From positions 41,173,359 to 41,237,358 of the forward strand of contig NC_068995.1 in assembly GCF_001194135.2 (NCBI RefSeq): a DNA stretch of 64,000 bases. Reading direction: 5' to 3'. The position numbers and the translations under genes were made by a program. The DNA comes from Octopus bimaculoides (Eukaryota). The notes below the pieces were generated by a model. The model ran no database searches. It saw nothing but the letters and a program-made list of their open reading frames with translations, and was not told the origin of the DNA. Below are positions 51,801-62,086 of this stretch, in pieces; positions within the stretch are counted from its first letter, which is position 1, and every line of letters begins with the position of its first letter.

Positions 51801-53082
51801 GCTATGAATTAAATTAATGAATTCAACGGGATACACCGTCTGCAAGTAGTTGGGTTCAGCATATTATCCTCCATTTTCTAATTGTTACACAAATTTTGGG
51901 TAAAACCTCCACTTTTACCTGCTCCCATTGATTGCACCTAGTATAGCACTAGTGTAGCAATAATTGGGTACCCTCCCAGCAATATACTGGATAGATACTA
52001 TCCCTTAGTGGGTTGAACCCCCAACCCCTAACTTTCACGTTATATATATATATATATATATATACATACATACATGAAATTTTGAATTTAGTTCATGGAC
52101 CTCTAGTACTACCTTTATGGACCACCAGGGGTCTGCAGGCCCCAGGTTGGGAACCACTGCAGTTGAGCTTGGTTTCGTCCTTTTGCCTTGCCAGCTCTTG
52201 TCAAACCATCCAACCCATGCCAGCATTGAAAACAAATGTAAAATGACAATGATAATAATGATACAAAGCAGTAATGAACAGAATGACAATGTGTAATGCC
52301 CAAATATTGATTCTGGTTGTCTCTGCTTTGTCTACTTATTATAAAATAGCAACAACAGTATTTTCTGATGAAGTTCAGGAAGTTGATAAAATTGATAAAA
52401 TACTTTCCTGAATTGCATTTTGAGTTCAAGTCCTTGGTAAGGATTGACTTTGCCTCTCTATCCATTTAATCCAATTTCCTTTCAGACATCTCTAAAAAAT
52501 ATATTTCTGCTTCATCATAAATTAACTGCGTTGATGAAAGAGCCTTTAGGGTTGCTGCTTGGCTTGTTAAAAATAGCAACCAAATTCCCTCAGAATCACA
52601 TCCTATCATTTTAGAAAAGACATATTGGATAATGTGGCCATATTTTCACTGCATGTCAGAAGTCAATGAGATGGTCATGGGTTGAATGGCTTTGATGACA
52701 GAAGTGTGCCTGATTTAGTTTGAACTGAAAACAAATCAATATTTTGAATATCATATTCTACAATAACAGTTTTTTTAAAATCATTTGCTTTTTTTTTTTC
52801 ATCTCTCATCCTCCTGTATAAATAATAATAATAATAATAATGATGATCTTTTATTTTCTAGAATCTGCTTCCAGACAACCATTCTTCTGGAGACAAACAT
52901 AACTCTGGACCCAATACCAAGTTGCCTTCTGATTCTCTTTCCATTAGCTTGATGCAGTTGATCTCTTCCATACTGTCATGCTTGGCCAAAAACAATCCTT
53001 TGAGTAACTCAAGCGAAGCCTCTGTTGAACGGATGAGCAGCAGCGGAGATGCCTTCCTTAACCGAGGCAATGACCTTATCAG
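4853..53082 (+). CDS. SCAPER: SCAPER (S-phase cyclin A-associated protein in the ER), multi-exon gene span, partial: 22 coding exons seen, 5' and 3' ends not seen
   Basis: Exon peptides match recalled SCAPER motifs in the right order: VRRIVQEEGRTARNL, RARYWAFLFDNLQRAVD, AWEVRKMSPG, GWETVQR, PGHGVHMHEKLSSPSRKR, NEIAFINSLEAQNKRHD, C2H2 finger CKVCNVL..SHLRGKKH, LFSNKI..DLLIHQLT. All introns are GT-AG and phases are compatible at 20 of 21 junctions. Confidence 0.95.
5561..5664 (+). pseudogene. Full-length U6 snRNA retropseudogene
   Basis: gtactaacaacggcggtacatattctaaaattggaacgatgctgagattagcatggcccctgtgtaatgatgacatgcaaattcgtgaagtgttccatattttt aligns end to end with canonical U6. The ACAGAGA box is disrupted and there are several CpG-to-TpG type changes. 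Confidence 0.92.
6872..7182 (+). mobile_element. Internally deleted mariner transposon relic
   Basis: 6872-6949 translates DMLDCANLNPDFMKIFITCDETWVYG (first catalytic-D motif, consensus TGDETWV). Right TIR-like end aaagttagatactttttgaatgcacctca followed by TA (7183-7184). Confidence 0.75.
7799..8061 (+). CDS. SCAPER: SCAPER exon 2: ...KRADVRARYWAFLFDNLQRAVDAIYETCEQDESVVECK
   Basis: Acceptor ttcccAG 7797-7798, donor GTaagt 8062, phase 1 to 0. Conserved SCAPER N-terminal domain. Confidence 0.95.
9182..9285 (+). CDS. SCAPER: SCAPER exon 3: EVIMMLEQSTKDFNCLIKRLQLLRDFDNAAKDGD(R)
   Basis: Acceptor ttccAG 9180-9181, donor GTtagt 9286, phase 0 to 2. Confidence 0.92.
9502..9644. repeat. (TATC/TGTC)n microsatellite running into a gap
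   Basis: Direct reading. Confidence 0.9.
9909..10464. mobile_element. piggyBac-type MITE interrupted by a nested SINE (about 10072-10422)
   Basis: TTAA at 9905-9908, perfect 12-bp TIR ccctttagcatt / aatgctaaaggg, TCAA on the right. Confidence 0.75.
10640..10783 (+). CDS. SCAPER: SCAPER exon 4: PISIAWEVRKMSPGK...AQRVLNFGTSNATIQPL(E)
   Basis: Acceptor ttctAG 10638-10639, donor GTgagt 10784, phase 2 to 2. Confidence 0.93.
11752..11888 (+). CDS. SCAPER: SCAPER exon 5: SPVKSPLGNSWADRVKGITSGHSPAVNNSVTSSVAPNEELNQEND
   Basis: Weak acceptor gataaAG 11750-11751, donor GTaagt 11889, phase 2 to 1. SWADRVK resembles recalled human SWADKVK. Confidence 0.85.
13890..14827 (+). CDS. SCAPER: SCAPER exon 6 (938 nt): EADGWETVQRGG..., poly-Asn/Ser then acidic low-complexity region, ...EKKAFA
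   Basis: Acceptor ttctAG 13888-13889, donor GTaagt 14828, phase 1 to 0. Same frame as supplied ORF 13913..14890. Confidence 0.9.
14886..15053. mobile_element. Small TIR element with internal telomere-like CCCTAA/CCTAAT repeats
   Basis: Perfect 17-bp inverted repeat tttagcatgcagtctac (14886-14902) / gtagactgcatgctaaa (15037-15053). Confidence 0.6.
15087..15304. mobile_element. piggyBac-type MITE, same family as 9909-10464, uninterrupted
   Basis: TTAA at 15083-15086, degenerate TIRs cactttagcaatt / aatgctaaacgg, internal similarity to the 9909 copy. Confidence 0.7.
15530..15673 (+). CDS. SCAPER: SCAPER exon 7: ELTSALDEADKLSSQLELANQQEQNWLEKLAQEESTPIADVETENEIE
   Basis: Acceptor ttgcAG 15528-15529, probable donor GAG|GTtaaa 15674, phase 0 to 0. 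Confidence 0.82.
16212..16609. repeat. Tandem duplication, two 197-bp units
   Basis: Units start at 16212 and 16409 (ttctatgattattg...), with only a handful of substitutions. Confidence 0.9.
17291..18242. other. Assembly gap (952 N), predicted to hide a SCAPER exon
   Basis: N run. The flanking exons are phase-incompatible (0 versus 1). Confidence 0.85.
18483..18597 (+). CDS. SCAPER: SCAPER exon 8: xSESYKSKSWGEIVDEADARTPGHGVHMHEKLSSPSRK(R)
   Basis: Acceptor AG 18481-18482, donor GTaagt 18598. Needs phase-1 entry, ends in phase 2. Confidence 0.93.
20784..20895 (+). CDS. SCAPER: SCAPER exon 9: SPTERKKRHEQKQAKAQELRTKLNREKAARLKEISRK (coiled coil)
   Basis: Acceptor attAG 20782-20783, donor GTatga 20896, phase 2 to 0. 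Confidence 0.92.
21874..22014 (+). CDS. SCAPER: SCAPER exon 10: VEEVRAWKDDLLRQKK...QKAHDEEAK
   Basis: Acceptor cccAG 21872-21873, donor GTtaat 22015, phase 0 to 0. Confidence 0.92.
22578..22807. mobile_element. hAT (Charlie-like) MITE
   Basis: TIRs cagtggttctcaac / gttgagaatcactg, decayed 8-bp flanks gtgtgaag / gtatagag. Confidence 0.75.
22962..23354 (+). mobile_element. tRNA-derived SINE family D, full length, (CAA)n tail, flanked by 101-bp direct repeats
   Basis: A box tggcccagtggttagg, B box gtttcgattccc, tail gtgccaacaacaacaacaa. Direct repeats at 22860-22960 and 23357-23457. Confidence 0.88.
27395..27690 (-). mobile_element. SINE with family D head and body but a different 3' tail; an internally deleted copy lies at about 29525-29751
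   Basis: Reverse complement matches 22962 onward up to ccacaactttctctcactct, then diverges to ...gagccaggcatggcttgagaag. Confidence 0.75.
32050..32655. repeat. Degenerate ~45-55-bp minisatellite split by a family B SINE
   Basis: Recurrent gtgtga(g/t)cc(t/a)gtgg(c/g)t(g/a)ttgtagaag..gagacaagg..aggacact units on both sides of the SINE. Confidence 0.7.
32345..32590 (+). mobile_element. tRNA-derived SINE family B (reference copy)
   Basis: Head ggcagtgagctagcagaaacattagcatgccggg...ctgagttcaaattcc, core gaggttgactttgcctttca..cctttcggggtcgattaaataa. Many copies, e.g. 1-680, 3230-3386, 4326-4830, 8540-9160, 40655-41090, 45497-45810, 49150-49330, 63560-63700. Confidence 0.8.
33284..33385 (+). CDS. 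SCAPER: SCAPER exon 11: ANEIAFINSLEAQNKRHDILSKHQESEARLQDMQ
   Basis: Acceptor ttccAG 33282-33283, donor GTaggt 33386, phase 0 to 0. Confidence 0.94.
35129..35428. mobile_element. hAT (Charlie-like) MITE, same family as 22578-22807
   Basis: TIRs cagtggttctcaat / gttgagaaccactg, 8-bp TSD atctcatg / atctgata (6/8). Confidence 0.78.
38477..38530 (+). CDS. SCAPER: SCAPER exon 12: EERQRKHEEKLAKEAAVE
   Basis: Acceptor ttgtAG 38475-38476, donor GTaagt 38531, phase 0 to 0. Confidence 0.9.
39275..39417 (+). CDS. SCAPER: SCAPER exon 13: ERRKALEADRKKRL...LRAKE(R)
   Basis: Acceptor tgacAG 39273-39274, donor GTgagt 39418, phase 0 to 2. Confidence 0.92.
40090..40171 (+). CDS. SCAPER: SCAPER exon 14: EREERLAALNAQQQAQIQELQKKIQQK
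   Basis: Acceptor tttcAG 40088-40089, donor GTgagt 40172, phase 2 to 0. Confidence 0.93.
40285..40610 (+). mobile_element. tRNA-derived SINE with V-SINE-like core
   Basis: A box tggctcagtggttag, B box gagttcaattccc, core gtgttcttgagcaagacacttta. Related head at about 27085-27240. Confidence 0.65.
43659..43817 (+). CDS. SCAPER: SCAPER exon 15: QDESTQRHQE...APQLTPYDQKKLCKVCNVL (first half of C2H2/U1-type zinc finger)
   Basis: Acceptor ttacAG 43657-43658, donor GTaagt 43818, phase 0 to 0. Confidence 0.94.
44419..44708. mobile_element. piggyBac-type MITE, opposite orientation to the 9909 copy
   Basis: Flanked by TTAA on both sides (44415-44418 and 44709-44712), ends ccttttaacatt / ctctaaaggg. 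Confidence 0.7.
44843..44944 (+). CDS. SCAPER: SCAPER exon 16: ILSEVHLLSHLRGKKHKETMLQTMSKELVSKQDI (second half of zinc finger)
   Basis: Acceptor tttcAG 44841-44842, donor GTaagt 44945. Completes C-x2-C-x12-H-x5-H with exon 15. Confidence 0.94.
45335..45465 (+). CDS. SCAPER: SCAPER exon 17: ETFNLKHIIDAP...ERQKALKKRCKKLRQRMML(R)
   Basis: Acceptor ctgcAG 45333-45334, donor GTtagt 45466, phase 0 to 2. Confidence 0.92.
46786..46851 (+). CDS. SCAPER: SCAPER exon 18: GVEYENSLSGKTQIAESEHKA(K)
   Basis: Acceptor ccacAG 46784-46785, donor GTaagg 46852, phase 2 to 2. Confidence 0.9.
47176..47302 (+). CDS. SCAPER: SCAPER exon 19: LQKSIKDVNKYLQNCDNGPWPQNRVSALDRALNEVSRIFDKK
   Basis: Acceptor ttccAG 47174-47175, donor GTacta 47303, phase 2 to 0. 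Confidence 0.92.
47689..47985. repeat. 85-bp minisatellite, three full units plus a partial unit, emerging from an assembly gap
   Basis: agaaataataatttcttaaagtatgtgttaatccccatgtggg recurs at 47689, 47774 and 47859. Confidence 0.9.
49368..49396 (+). mobile_element. Helitron-like 3' terminus remnant
   Basis: GC hairpin cccgg-gcaacg-ccggg (49368-49383) followed 8 nt later by CTAG and a T. Confidence 0.5.
50243..50355 (+). CDS. SCAPER: SCAPER exon 20: LPNDDQFSFRILGGLTTLSRLLILMDGPSNATSVIPL(K)
   Basis: Acceptor tttcAG 50241-50242, donor GTaggt 50356, phase 0 to 2. Resembles recalled human DQIAFQAAGGLTAL...IPPK. Confidence 0.9.
50516..50639 (+). CDS. SCAPER: SCAPER exon 21: SLVLSCSVFRQVCKGCYDNCHYMLFSNKIGILVDLLIHQLT
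   Basis: Acceptor ttgcAG 50514-50515, donor GTaagt 50640, phase 2 to 0. Confidence 0.93.
51230..51470 (+). mobile_element. Probable Penelope-like element terminal-repeat relic with a minimal hammerhead-like motif
   Basis: ttgaagtgcgtaggctcgaaacgtt at 51347-51371 within pyrimidine-rich LTR-like sequence. Confidence 0.45.
52862..53082 (+). CDS. SCAPER: SCAPER exon 22: NLLPDNHSSG...DAFLNRGNDLI(S); last exon recognisable in the window
   Basis: Acceptor ttctAG 52860-52861, donor GTaaat 53083, phase 0 to 2. Confidence 0.88.
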
Positions 53083-53206
53083 GTAAATGGCCCTTTGATT
53101 CTCTTGCTTTGGCTTTCTTTGTGTGTGTGTATGTGTGTGTGTGTTTCTGTTTCTTCCTTCCTGCTTATTGCCAAGGTGAAATATTTATGAAAGAAACCCT
53201 CATATC

Positions 53207-53378
53207 AGGCGTAGGAGTGGCTGTGTGGTAAGTAGCTTGCCTACCAACCACATGGTTCCGGGTTCAGTCCCACTGCGTGGCACCTTGGGCAAGTGTCTTC
53301 CACTATAGCCTCGGGCCAACCAAAGCCTTATGAGTAGATTTGGTAGACGGAAACTGAAAGAAGCCCGTCGTATATATG

Positions 53379-53453
<75 letters not shown>

Positions 53454-53655
53454 TTGTGTCTGTGTTTGTCCCCCCACCATCGCTTGACAACCGATGCTGG
53501 TGTGTTTATGTCCCCGTAACTTAGCGGTTCGGCAAAAAGAGACCGATTGAATAAGTACTAGGCTTACAAAGAATAAGTCCTGGGGTCGATTTGCTCGACT
53601 AAAGGCGGTGCTCCAGCATGGCCGCAGTCAAATGACTGAAACAAGTAAAAGAGTA
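53207..53655 (+). mobile_element. tRNA-derived SINE family A (reference copy) with internal (TA)n/(GT)n microsatellite
   Basis: Head aggcgtaggagtggctgtgtggtaag...ggttcagtccc, body ccttgggcaagtgtcttc, tail gcatggccgcagtcaaatgactgaaacaagtaaaagag. Other copies: about 10072-10422(+), 20303-20630(+), 25870-26285(-), 29863-30258(-), 35478-36170(-), 37200-37622(-), 43003-43388(-), 62170-62560(-). Confidence 0.85.
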
Positions 53656-54706
53656 TCATCTGCTTTACACCATTAAACTGGAACAAAGCCCTTAATATTT
53701 TAATTGAGAGGTAGTGGTTTGGGGTACATTTACTGATCTTGTCTCCAGATCTCTGACAGGGGCTGACTTGGTGAAGTGGTTACAGTATCAATTAAAATAC
53801 CTTACAGTTTTTGGTCTCAATCATTGTTTTCCTGGGTTTATTTTTTTTTTGTTGAGTTCAAATACTGCTGAGGTCAACTTTGCCTTTCGTCCTTTTAAGA
53901 TCAACAGAAAGTACCAACCCAGAGTAGTAGTGGACTAATGGAGTGGTTAGTGTGTCGGATACGATGCCTTACTGTTTCTGTCCTGGCTTTCTGTATTCTA
54001 TGACAACACTTACAGCATCACTGAGTCCATGTTGTATGAGCCTTAGTCTTTCTTTTGGACAACATCGGTGACATAAAGAAGAAAGCCTTTTGTAAATGGC
54101 CAACTGGACAAAGCGGCCATGCCTATGACTTTATCAGGTTCTCATTGACCAGTGGAATTATTGTTGTTAATGGTCTGGTCAAACTGTTGAGGGTCAACAT
54201 CTGGAGGAAAGAGATGAGTGGAGAGGAGATTCTAGTGGGATGGTGTTATGGGGAAGAAGGCACAAGGCCAGCAATTTCAGGGGGTGGGGGGTAAGTTCAA
54301 ATGGTACTTACTCTAGCAATCCCCAAAAGATGAGAGGCAAAGTTAAACATGACCGAATTTGAAATGAGAACGTGAAGTCAGACAAAATGCTGCTAATCAT
54401 TTTGTCCGGCATGCTAACGATTCTGCCAACTCACTGTCTTACATCACCCAATAATTTTTTAGAAGTGTTTGGACGACGAACTGTTAATGACAGATATCTG
54501 TTTAATATATATAGTGTTGTCTTGGTGTGCATTGAGAACCCAAATCCTGAGATCCATCGCCATTATTCCAGGTTTATGGACACAACTTTTCTAATTTATG
54601 CCGTATGTTGTTAATGATATAGATTAAAGTTGAGAGAGAGATCAGCACTAACGGTGAACAATTAAATTGCCAGAATCAGCAAAACATGTACTTGATTTGA
54701 TTTGTG

Positions 54707-54741
<35 letters not shown>

Positions 54742-54893
54742 TTATCTATGTATCTATCTATCTATGTATCTATCTATGTATCTATCTATGTATCTATCTA
54801 TGTATCTATCTATGTATCTATCTATGTATCTATCTATCTACCTACCTATCTATCTGCCTATCTATCTATCTATCTATCCATCCATCCATCTAC

Positions 54894-54935
<42 letters not shown>
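54707..54935. repeat. (TATC)n / (TATCTATG)n microsatellite
   Basis: Direct reading. Explains the SIYL-type pseudo-ORFs. Confidence 0.9.
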
Positions 54936-55504
54936 CTCTTTATATATATTAAAAAATGTATATGTAATGGCTGTGTATATGTTTGAGTATATGTGTACGT
55001 GTGTGTGTGTCTGTATTTTAGAGTTTGCATTCTTGTGTTTGTGTGATTTGTTATTTGTTTTGCTTGTTACTGTATGTTAGTATTGATACGGGATATATCT
55101 GTGTTTGTGTTTATGCATTTTTGTGTATGTACATATGTATGCTATATCTGAATGTGTGCGTGTGTGTGTGGGGGGGCATGTGATACATGTGAATGCTTTG
55201 TGTGTATGTGTTATGATATATTTAAGTGTTTGTATGTGTTTGTATGTGTGTGTGTGTGTGTGTGTGTTTGTCTTTTTTCATACATTTATGGATCTGCTTT
55301 GTGCCTCTATAAATATCGGTGGCTCTTACAGAAATCTGTGTAGAATTATGAAAACACTACTGTTTTTTTATTCTTCTTTGTGTTATATTTTAAATGACAC
55401 ACAAACTCATAAACAAACATGCATATAATACACATTCTGGTCTATACACATCTACATACAACATTATGCTTGCTGATGGAACTGTATTATGTTAGGGTCA
55501 TAGA

Positions 55505-55545
<41 letters not shown>

Positions 55546-55858
55546 GTGCACACATTTATTAGTGTGTATATGTATATATATACACAAATATACTTACATG
55601 TATGTATGTATGTGATTGAGTGTATGCACATGTATATAATTTTTTCCTTCCCTCAATTTTAATATAAATATCAGAATTTTATTTTTTACCTCAGCATCAA
55701 AAATGTTTGAGGTGAAACTGAACACAAATATGTTTCTATTATTATTTTTATTATCCACCATCTTCATCATCATCATCATCATCATCAGTATATCTGATTT
55801 GTAACCTTGCTATTACTCTTCCAAAATGTGATGGAAAATGACAGTGCCTTTATTATTA

Positions 55859-55901
<43 letters not shown>

Positions 55902-57355
55902 CATCATTCTTTTTATTTTTTAAAGACCTTTCCATTAAATTAGAATTTTTTTTTTTTACTCTTCTGATAATCATACATATATACATACACACTCACATAG
56001 ACATGCACATAAATATACACNNNNNNNNNNNNNNNNNNNNNNNNNNNNNNNNNNNNNNNNNNNNNNNNNNNNNNNNNNNNNNNNNNNNNNNNNNNNNNNN
56101 NNNNNNNNNNNNNNNNNNNNNNNNNNNNNNNNNNNNNNNNNNNNNNNNNNNNNNNNNNNNNNNNNNNNNNTATATATATATATATATATATAATGAGATC
56201 ATGTTCTTACAATACATAATGGCATGTGTTTCTGTATGTGTACAGGTTTATTTATGTTTCTTCTGTATGTATGTATGTATGTATGGCTGGCTATTCATAT
56301 ACAAATCTATACAAATTCATATACAGTTATATATTCCTGCATTTGTGTGTGTTATAAGTATTTGAAATAAGTGTTTTATTTTAAATAACATTTAAGAATA
56401 TTAACAGAACATTTCCTGATGGGGATGATTCTATACTCAGAGTAGAGTCAACTGGTTGAACTTGGCAGTTGACTTGTTCTTTACAACTAACTCCATATGT
56501 ACACTTGTATATAGATACTCATATATTCGTGTGTTTAGGTGTCTGTGTTTGTGTGTGCTATATAAAATGCATACACATATTAATGTATAAAAATACATGT
56601 ACATTAATATTTGCATGTGTGTGTGCCTTTTGTGTGGCACCAGCACGTGTGCCTTTTGCATGGCACCAGCATGTGTTCCTTTTGCGTGGCACCAGCATCA
56701 ATGTTTTGTACATGGTACCTTTACAAGTGCTTCTTATACATGCATAACATATATATTGTCATTTTATTTATCATCTAATATTCCATGTTTGCATGGTTCA
56801 GCTGAGAATATGTTGGGGCAATGGTTTTTATGGACAGGTGCCCTTCCTGTTGCCAACCACGTTTATCTCCCAAGTGAGGTAATAATCACTCAGTCTGTGG
56901 AACAAGAAACAGCCTGGACATGTTTTATGCAGACAACTGAAAGCAAATGGCACCAATTAAATGATTGTTGTGTTTGCAAAGGTCATGCAACAGGTCAAGC
57001 TCTATCAAAGAACTCGGACATGCTTTTGTGGTGGACTTTAAACAAACATCGTCATGAAGACATTGTTTACAAAACAATTATGAAAGTACAAAATCACTCA
57101 CATCAACACATGTACATATATACATATTTTTATTTATATATACATACAAACATACATGTCTGTTAGGTTTCTTTCAGTTTCAATCTACTTGCAAGGTTTT
57201 GGTTGGCCCAGGGCTATAGTAAACAAACACTTTCCCCAAGGTGCCATGCAGCAGGACTGAACCTTGGGCCTTATAGTTGGGAAGCTAACCACATGGCTAT
57301 GCCTTGCATTTTATCTATGTATGCATGTATGTATGTATCTATCTAGTGTCTATAT

Positions 57356-57408
<53 letters not shown>

Positions 57409-57502
57409 AACATATGTACACGCATAAACGTGTGTGTGTGTGTGTATATATATANNNNNNNNNNTAAACGTGTGTGTGTGTGTGTATATATATATATATG
57501 TG

Positions 57503-57548
<46 letters not shown>

Positions 57549-58912
57549 TTAGCAAACATACATATGATTGTTTATGTATATGTAGACCCCAGTAAACACA
57601 CACACACACACACATGCATGCGCTGCACATAATAACCCTCTGTTTATTAACCATGGCTCATGGCCAATAGAAGATGGCCTTTTACTTTTTCTCCTTTTCT
57701 AAACAAACCCCTGCCCCCTCTTTAATTCGGATCTCACCCCACGACACCCCACCCTCTTTTCCATGGGTTTGTTTAGATTTTGCAACTTTTTGGTTTCTTT
57801 CTACCTTTTTCCTTTTTAGTTTTTAACTTTTTTTTTTCTTTTGATTTCATGCAGAAATACAATATTGAACATTAATTTATTATTATTATTATTATTATAT
57901 AAGAAATCAATGTGTTAAAATATACAAAATCATCATCATTATTGTTGTTTATTATCATTATTTAATATTGTTATAATTTTTTGTTGTTGTTTTCTTTTTA
58001 CTTTTCCCATTTATATTATCTATTTCCTTTCATTTTCGAATGAAATTATATTTATTTTTTTTAATTAAAATTTTTTTTTTGTTGTTATTATTATTCATTT
58101 ACTTCGATACAGATTTTTACTTCNNNNNNNNNNNNNNNNNNNNNNNNNNNNNNNNNNNNNNNNNNNNNNNNNNNNNNNNNNNNNNNNNNNNNNNNNNNNN
58201 NNNNNNNNNNNNNNNNNNNNNNNNNNNNNNNNNNNNNNNNNNNNNNNNNNNNNNNNNNNNNNNNNNNNNNNNNNNNNNNNNNNNNNNNNNNNNNNNNNNN
58301 NNNNNNNNNNNNNNNNNNNNNNNNNNNNNNNNNNNNNNNNNNNNNNNNNNNNNNNNNNNNNNNNNNNNNNNNNNNNNNNNNNNNNNNNNNNNNNNNNNNN
58401 NNNNNNNNNNNNNNNNNNNNNNNNNNNNNNNNNNNNNNNNNNNNNNNNNNNNNNNNNNNNNNNNNNNNNNNNNNNNNNNNNNNNNNNNNNNNNNNNNNNN
58501 NNNNNNNNNNNNNNNNNNNNNNNNNNNNNNNNNNNNNNNNNNNNNNNNNNNNNNNNNNNNNNNNNNNNNNNNNNNNNNNNNNNNNNNNNNNNNNNNNNNN
58601 NNNNNNNNNNNNNNNNNNNNNNNNNNNNNNNNNNNNNNNNNNNNNNNNNNNNNNNNNNNNNNNNNNNNNNNNNNNNNNNNNNNNNNNNNNNNNNNNNNNN
58701 NNNNNNNNNNNNNNNNNNNNNNNNNNNNNNNNNNNNNNNNNNNNNNNNNNNNNNNNNNNNNNNNNNNNNNNNNNNNNNNNNNNNNNNNNNNNNNNNNNNN
58801 NNNNNAGAGAGAGAGAGAGGGATGGATGGTGTAAGAGGAATGGAGGGAGATGTGAAACTTCTGTAGTTGTTAGTTTAGTTGAGGTGATGATGTTCTCTCG
58901 ATATAATCACGA

Positions 58913-58954
<42 letters not shown>

Positions 58955-60320
58955 ACGCACTAGAGGATGTCTTTCTCCTTGCCTTATTAACACCAAAGTG
59001 TTTTCTCTTCTGGAACGGCTGCATTGGAATGTTTTACCATTTATTGAAAGTTGTCTTCTGCTTTTGAAGACTGAAACCAATCCGACTGCTACAGAACCTT
59101 CCTCTCTATGATAGGCTGAATCTCAGGCAATCTTTTAATGCTACCACTTGGTCGGTGCCTGCCCTCAGTGGTGACAGCCATATTGTGAAGATTTTAGAGC
59201 GGGTCACCAGTCTCAGAGCAATTTCATATCTTGTTCTTATTGCTTCCTACTTTGGTAACTCCTGATTTTTGAATTTTTGAGGGTTATGCAATAACTTCAT
59301 GGTGGCCGCTTTCCTCCCCATAATGAAACCATCATCATCATCGTTTAACATCCGCTTTCCATGCTAGCATGGGTTGGATGATTTGACTGAGGACTGGTGA
59401 AATCAGATGGCTACACCAGGCTCCAATCTGATCTGGCAGAGTTTCTACAGCTGGATGTCCTTCCTAACGCCAACCACTCCGAGAGTGTAGTAGGTGCTTT
59501 TACGTGTCACCAGCGCGAAGGCCAGTCAGGCAGTACTGGCAACGGCCATGCTCAAAAGGGTGTATTTTATGTGCCACCCGCACAAGAGCCAGTCCAGGGG
59601 CACTGGCAACGATCTCGCTCGAAAGTCCTTACATATGCCGCAGGCACAAGTGCCAGAAAGGCGACGCTGGGCACAGGTGCCATCACAATTTCGCTTNNNN
59701 NNNNNNGATTTGGCTGCTGTTTCTGTTTTACTGCTCCCTGCCTCCAATTAACTGTCTTGGACAGGATTATAACCCCATGCATTGTATCCTTCAGCAAGGA
59801 ACTTAATTTCATGTCGTTTTGGTTTGCTGCCCTAAGAACAAGTATCTTCCAACAGGTAGGCATCCTGGCTAATGAAGGAGTTGCGATTGCAAGATCTACC
59901 TGTGGATTTTCACTCACTCACACACACACACACACACACACATATTTTAAGAAATCCTCTTGAAAAACAGCTAAGTGTTAGTTGACAATAAAACAATGCC
60001 TCAATAATACATATTTATCTGACCCATACCAAAACTAAACAACTGAATGAATTTTCATTGTACACATTCTTCCATTGTTGTTTCATTTCACGTTTCTGTG
60101 CTTTTCCTCCACATTTTTTCGTATTTGTTAGTTTATCTTCTCCTCTCCTTGTCTCATAACCTTCTTTATTAGGTTTGTTTATCTGTCTAGCCATCCTTCT
60201 GTTTATCTGTTTGTCTGTCCATCCATTAATTCTAGGTTTGCTATAAAAACGTACCTAGACTCACATATCCAGTGCATGAAACTGTTAGTAGCTTGTATCT
60301 TTACACTGTGTACATTAAAT

Positions 60321-60394
<74 letters not shown>

Positions 60395-61260
60395 TATGTA
60401 TGTATATATGTTTGTGTGAGTATATGTGTATATATATATATATACATGCACACACACACATGCATATTTGTATGTGTATATATATATATATATATATGTA
60501 CATATGTATGTGTATGTATATATGTGTGTGTCTGTATATATACATATATACACTCACACGTGTGTATATCTATACATATATGATGATGATATATATACAT
60601 AATACCCATTTATGTATATACACACACACACACCACACACGTATGTGTGTGTGTGTGTGTATATATATATAGTTATATGTATATATATATATATGTGCAT
60701 GTGTATATTTATGTCTGTAAGCATGTATGCTTCTGTATATTGCTATGGATTTATATTGGTTTGTGTAGATTTCAGTGTCTAATTGAAACTTGTCTCTTTC
60801 ATATTAAAAATATAATTCATAAAAGCTTCCCTAGATTCATCACCCAATGAAATCTGCTCTTTTATTTTATGTAAGGATATATGTGGATGTGTGTGTGTGT
60901 TTAATGTATATGATATGTACATATATGTGTGTTTGTATGTGTATAGTTTGTATGCGCTTTTGAATATACATACATGTAGATTGATGTATGTATATTTAAG
61001 TACATATACACTTTTGTTTATATGTTTATGAATGCATAATTATATGCATCTATGTATATGAATGTATATTTAAGTTACTGTGTGTGCGTGTGTTTGCATG
61101 TGTATATGAAGATGTGTGTGTGTATGTGCATAGATGTATACACATTTAAATATTTTTTTCTCTCTTGTTTTATAAGTTTAATGATGTGGGTTGGCAGTTA
61201 GTATACATAGATATACATGACTTTGAATAGACACATATATATACACACAAATATATATAT

Positions 61261-61309
<49 letters not shown>

Positions 61310-62044
61310 TACACACAAATATATATATATACATACATATATCGTTATGCTCTCTCNNNNNNNNNNNNNNNNNNNNNNNNNNNNNNNNNNNNNNNNNNNN
61401 NNNNNNNNNNNNNNNNNNNNNNNNNNNNNNNNNNNNNNNNNNNNNNNNNNNNNNNNNNNNNNNNNNNNNNNNNNNNNNNNNNNNNNNNNNNNNNNNNNNN
61501 NNNNNNNNNNNNNNNNNNNNNNNNNNNNNNNNNNNNNNNNNNNNNNNNNNNNNNNNNNNNNNNNNNNNNNNNNNNNNNNNNNNNNNNNNNNNNNNNNNNN
61601 NNNNNNNNNNNNNNNNNNNNNNNNNNNNNNNNNNNNNNNNNNNNNNNNNNNNNNNNNNNNNNNNNNNNNNNNNNNNNNNNNNNNNNNNNNNNNNNNNNNN
61701 NNNNNNNNNNNNNNNNNNNNNNNNNNNNNNNNNNNNNNNNNNNNNNNNNNNNAAAAAAAAAAAAAAAACCTTGCAAAGCTGAACTAAAATAATCAAGCTA
61801 AATGTAAGTATTAAAATATATATTTTTGAAAATATTCTTCGCTGAAAATATTAAATTGCTTTATGAGTTTGATAGAGATGGTGAGTGGAATACTTTTTTA
61901 TGGGATTTAGTTTGCATGTGTGTATGTGTGCGCATCATTGTATATCTGTTTATCCATTGTCTGTCTATGTAGCTATCTGTCTAACCTTCCTTCTTACATA
62001 CACACAGATTCCTGTGTGTTTGTATATATGTGTATTTGTGTTGC

Positions 62045-62086
<42 letters not shown>

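Noticed and set aside
53714-54250. Possible Tx1/L1-like ORF2 C-terminal remnant (VVWGTFTDLVSRSLTGADLVKWLQYQLK) or next SCAPER exon
   Set aside because: The resemblance is too weak to support without a profile search, and there is no phase-2 acceptor or match to the expected SCAPER segment.
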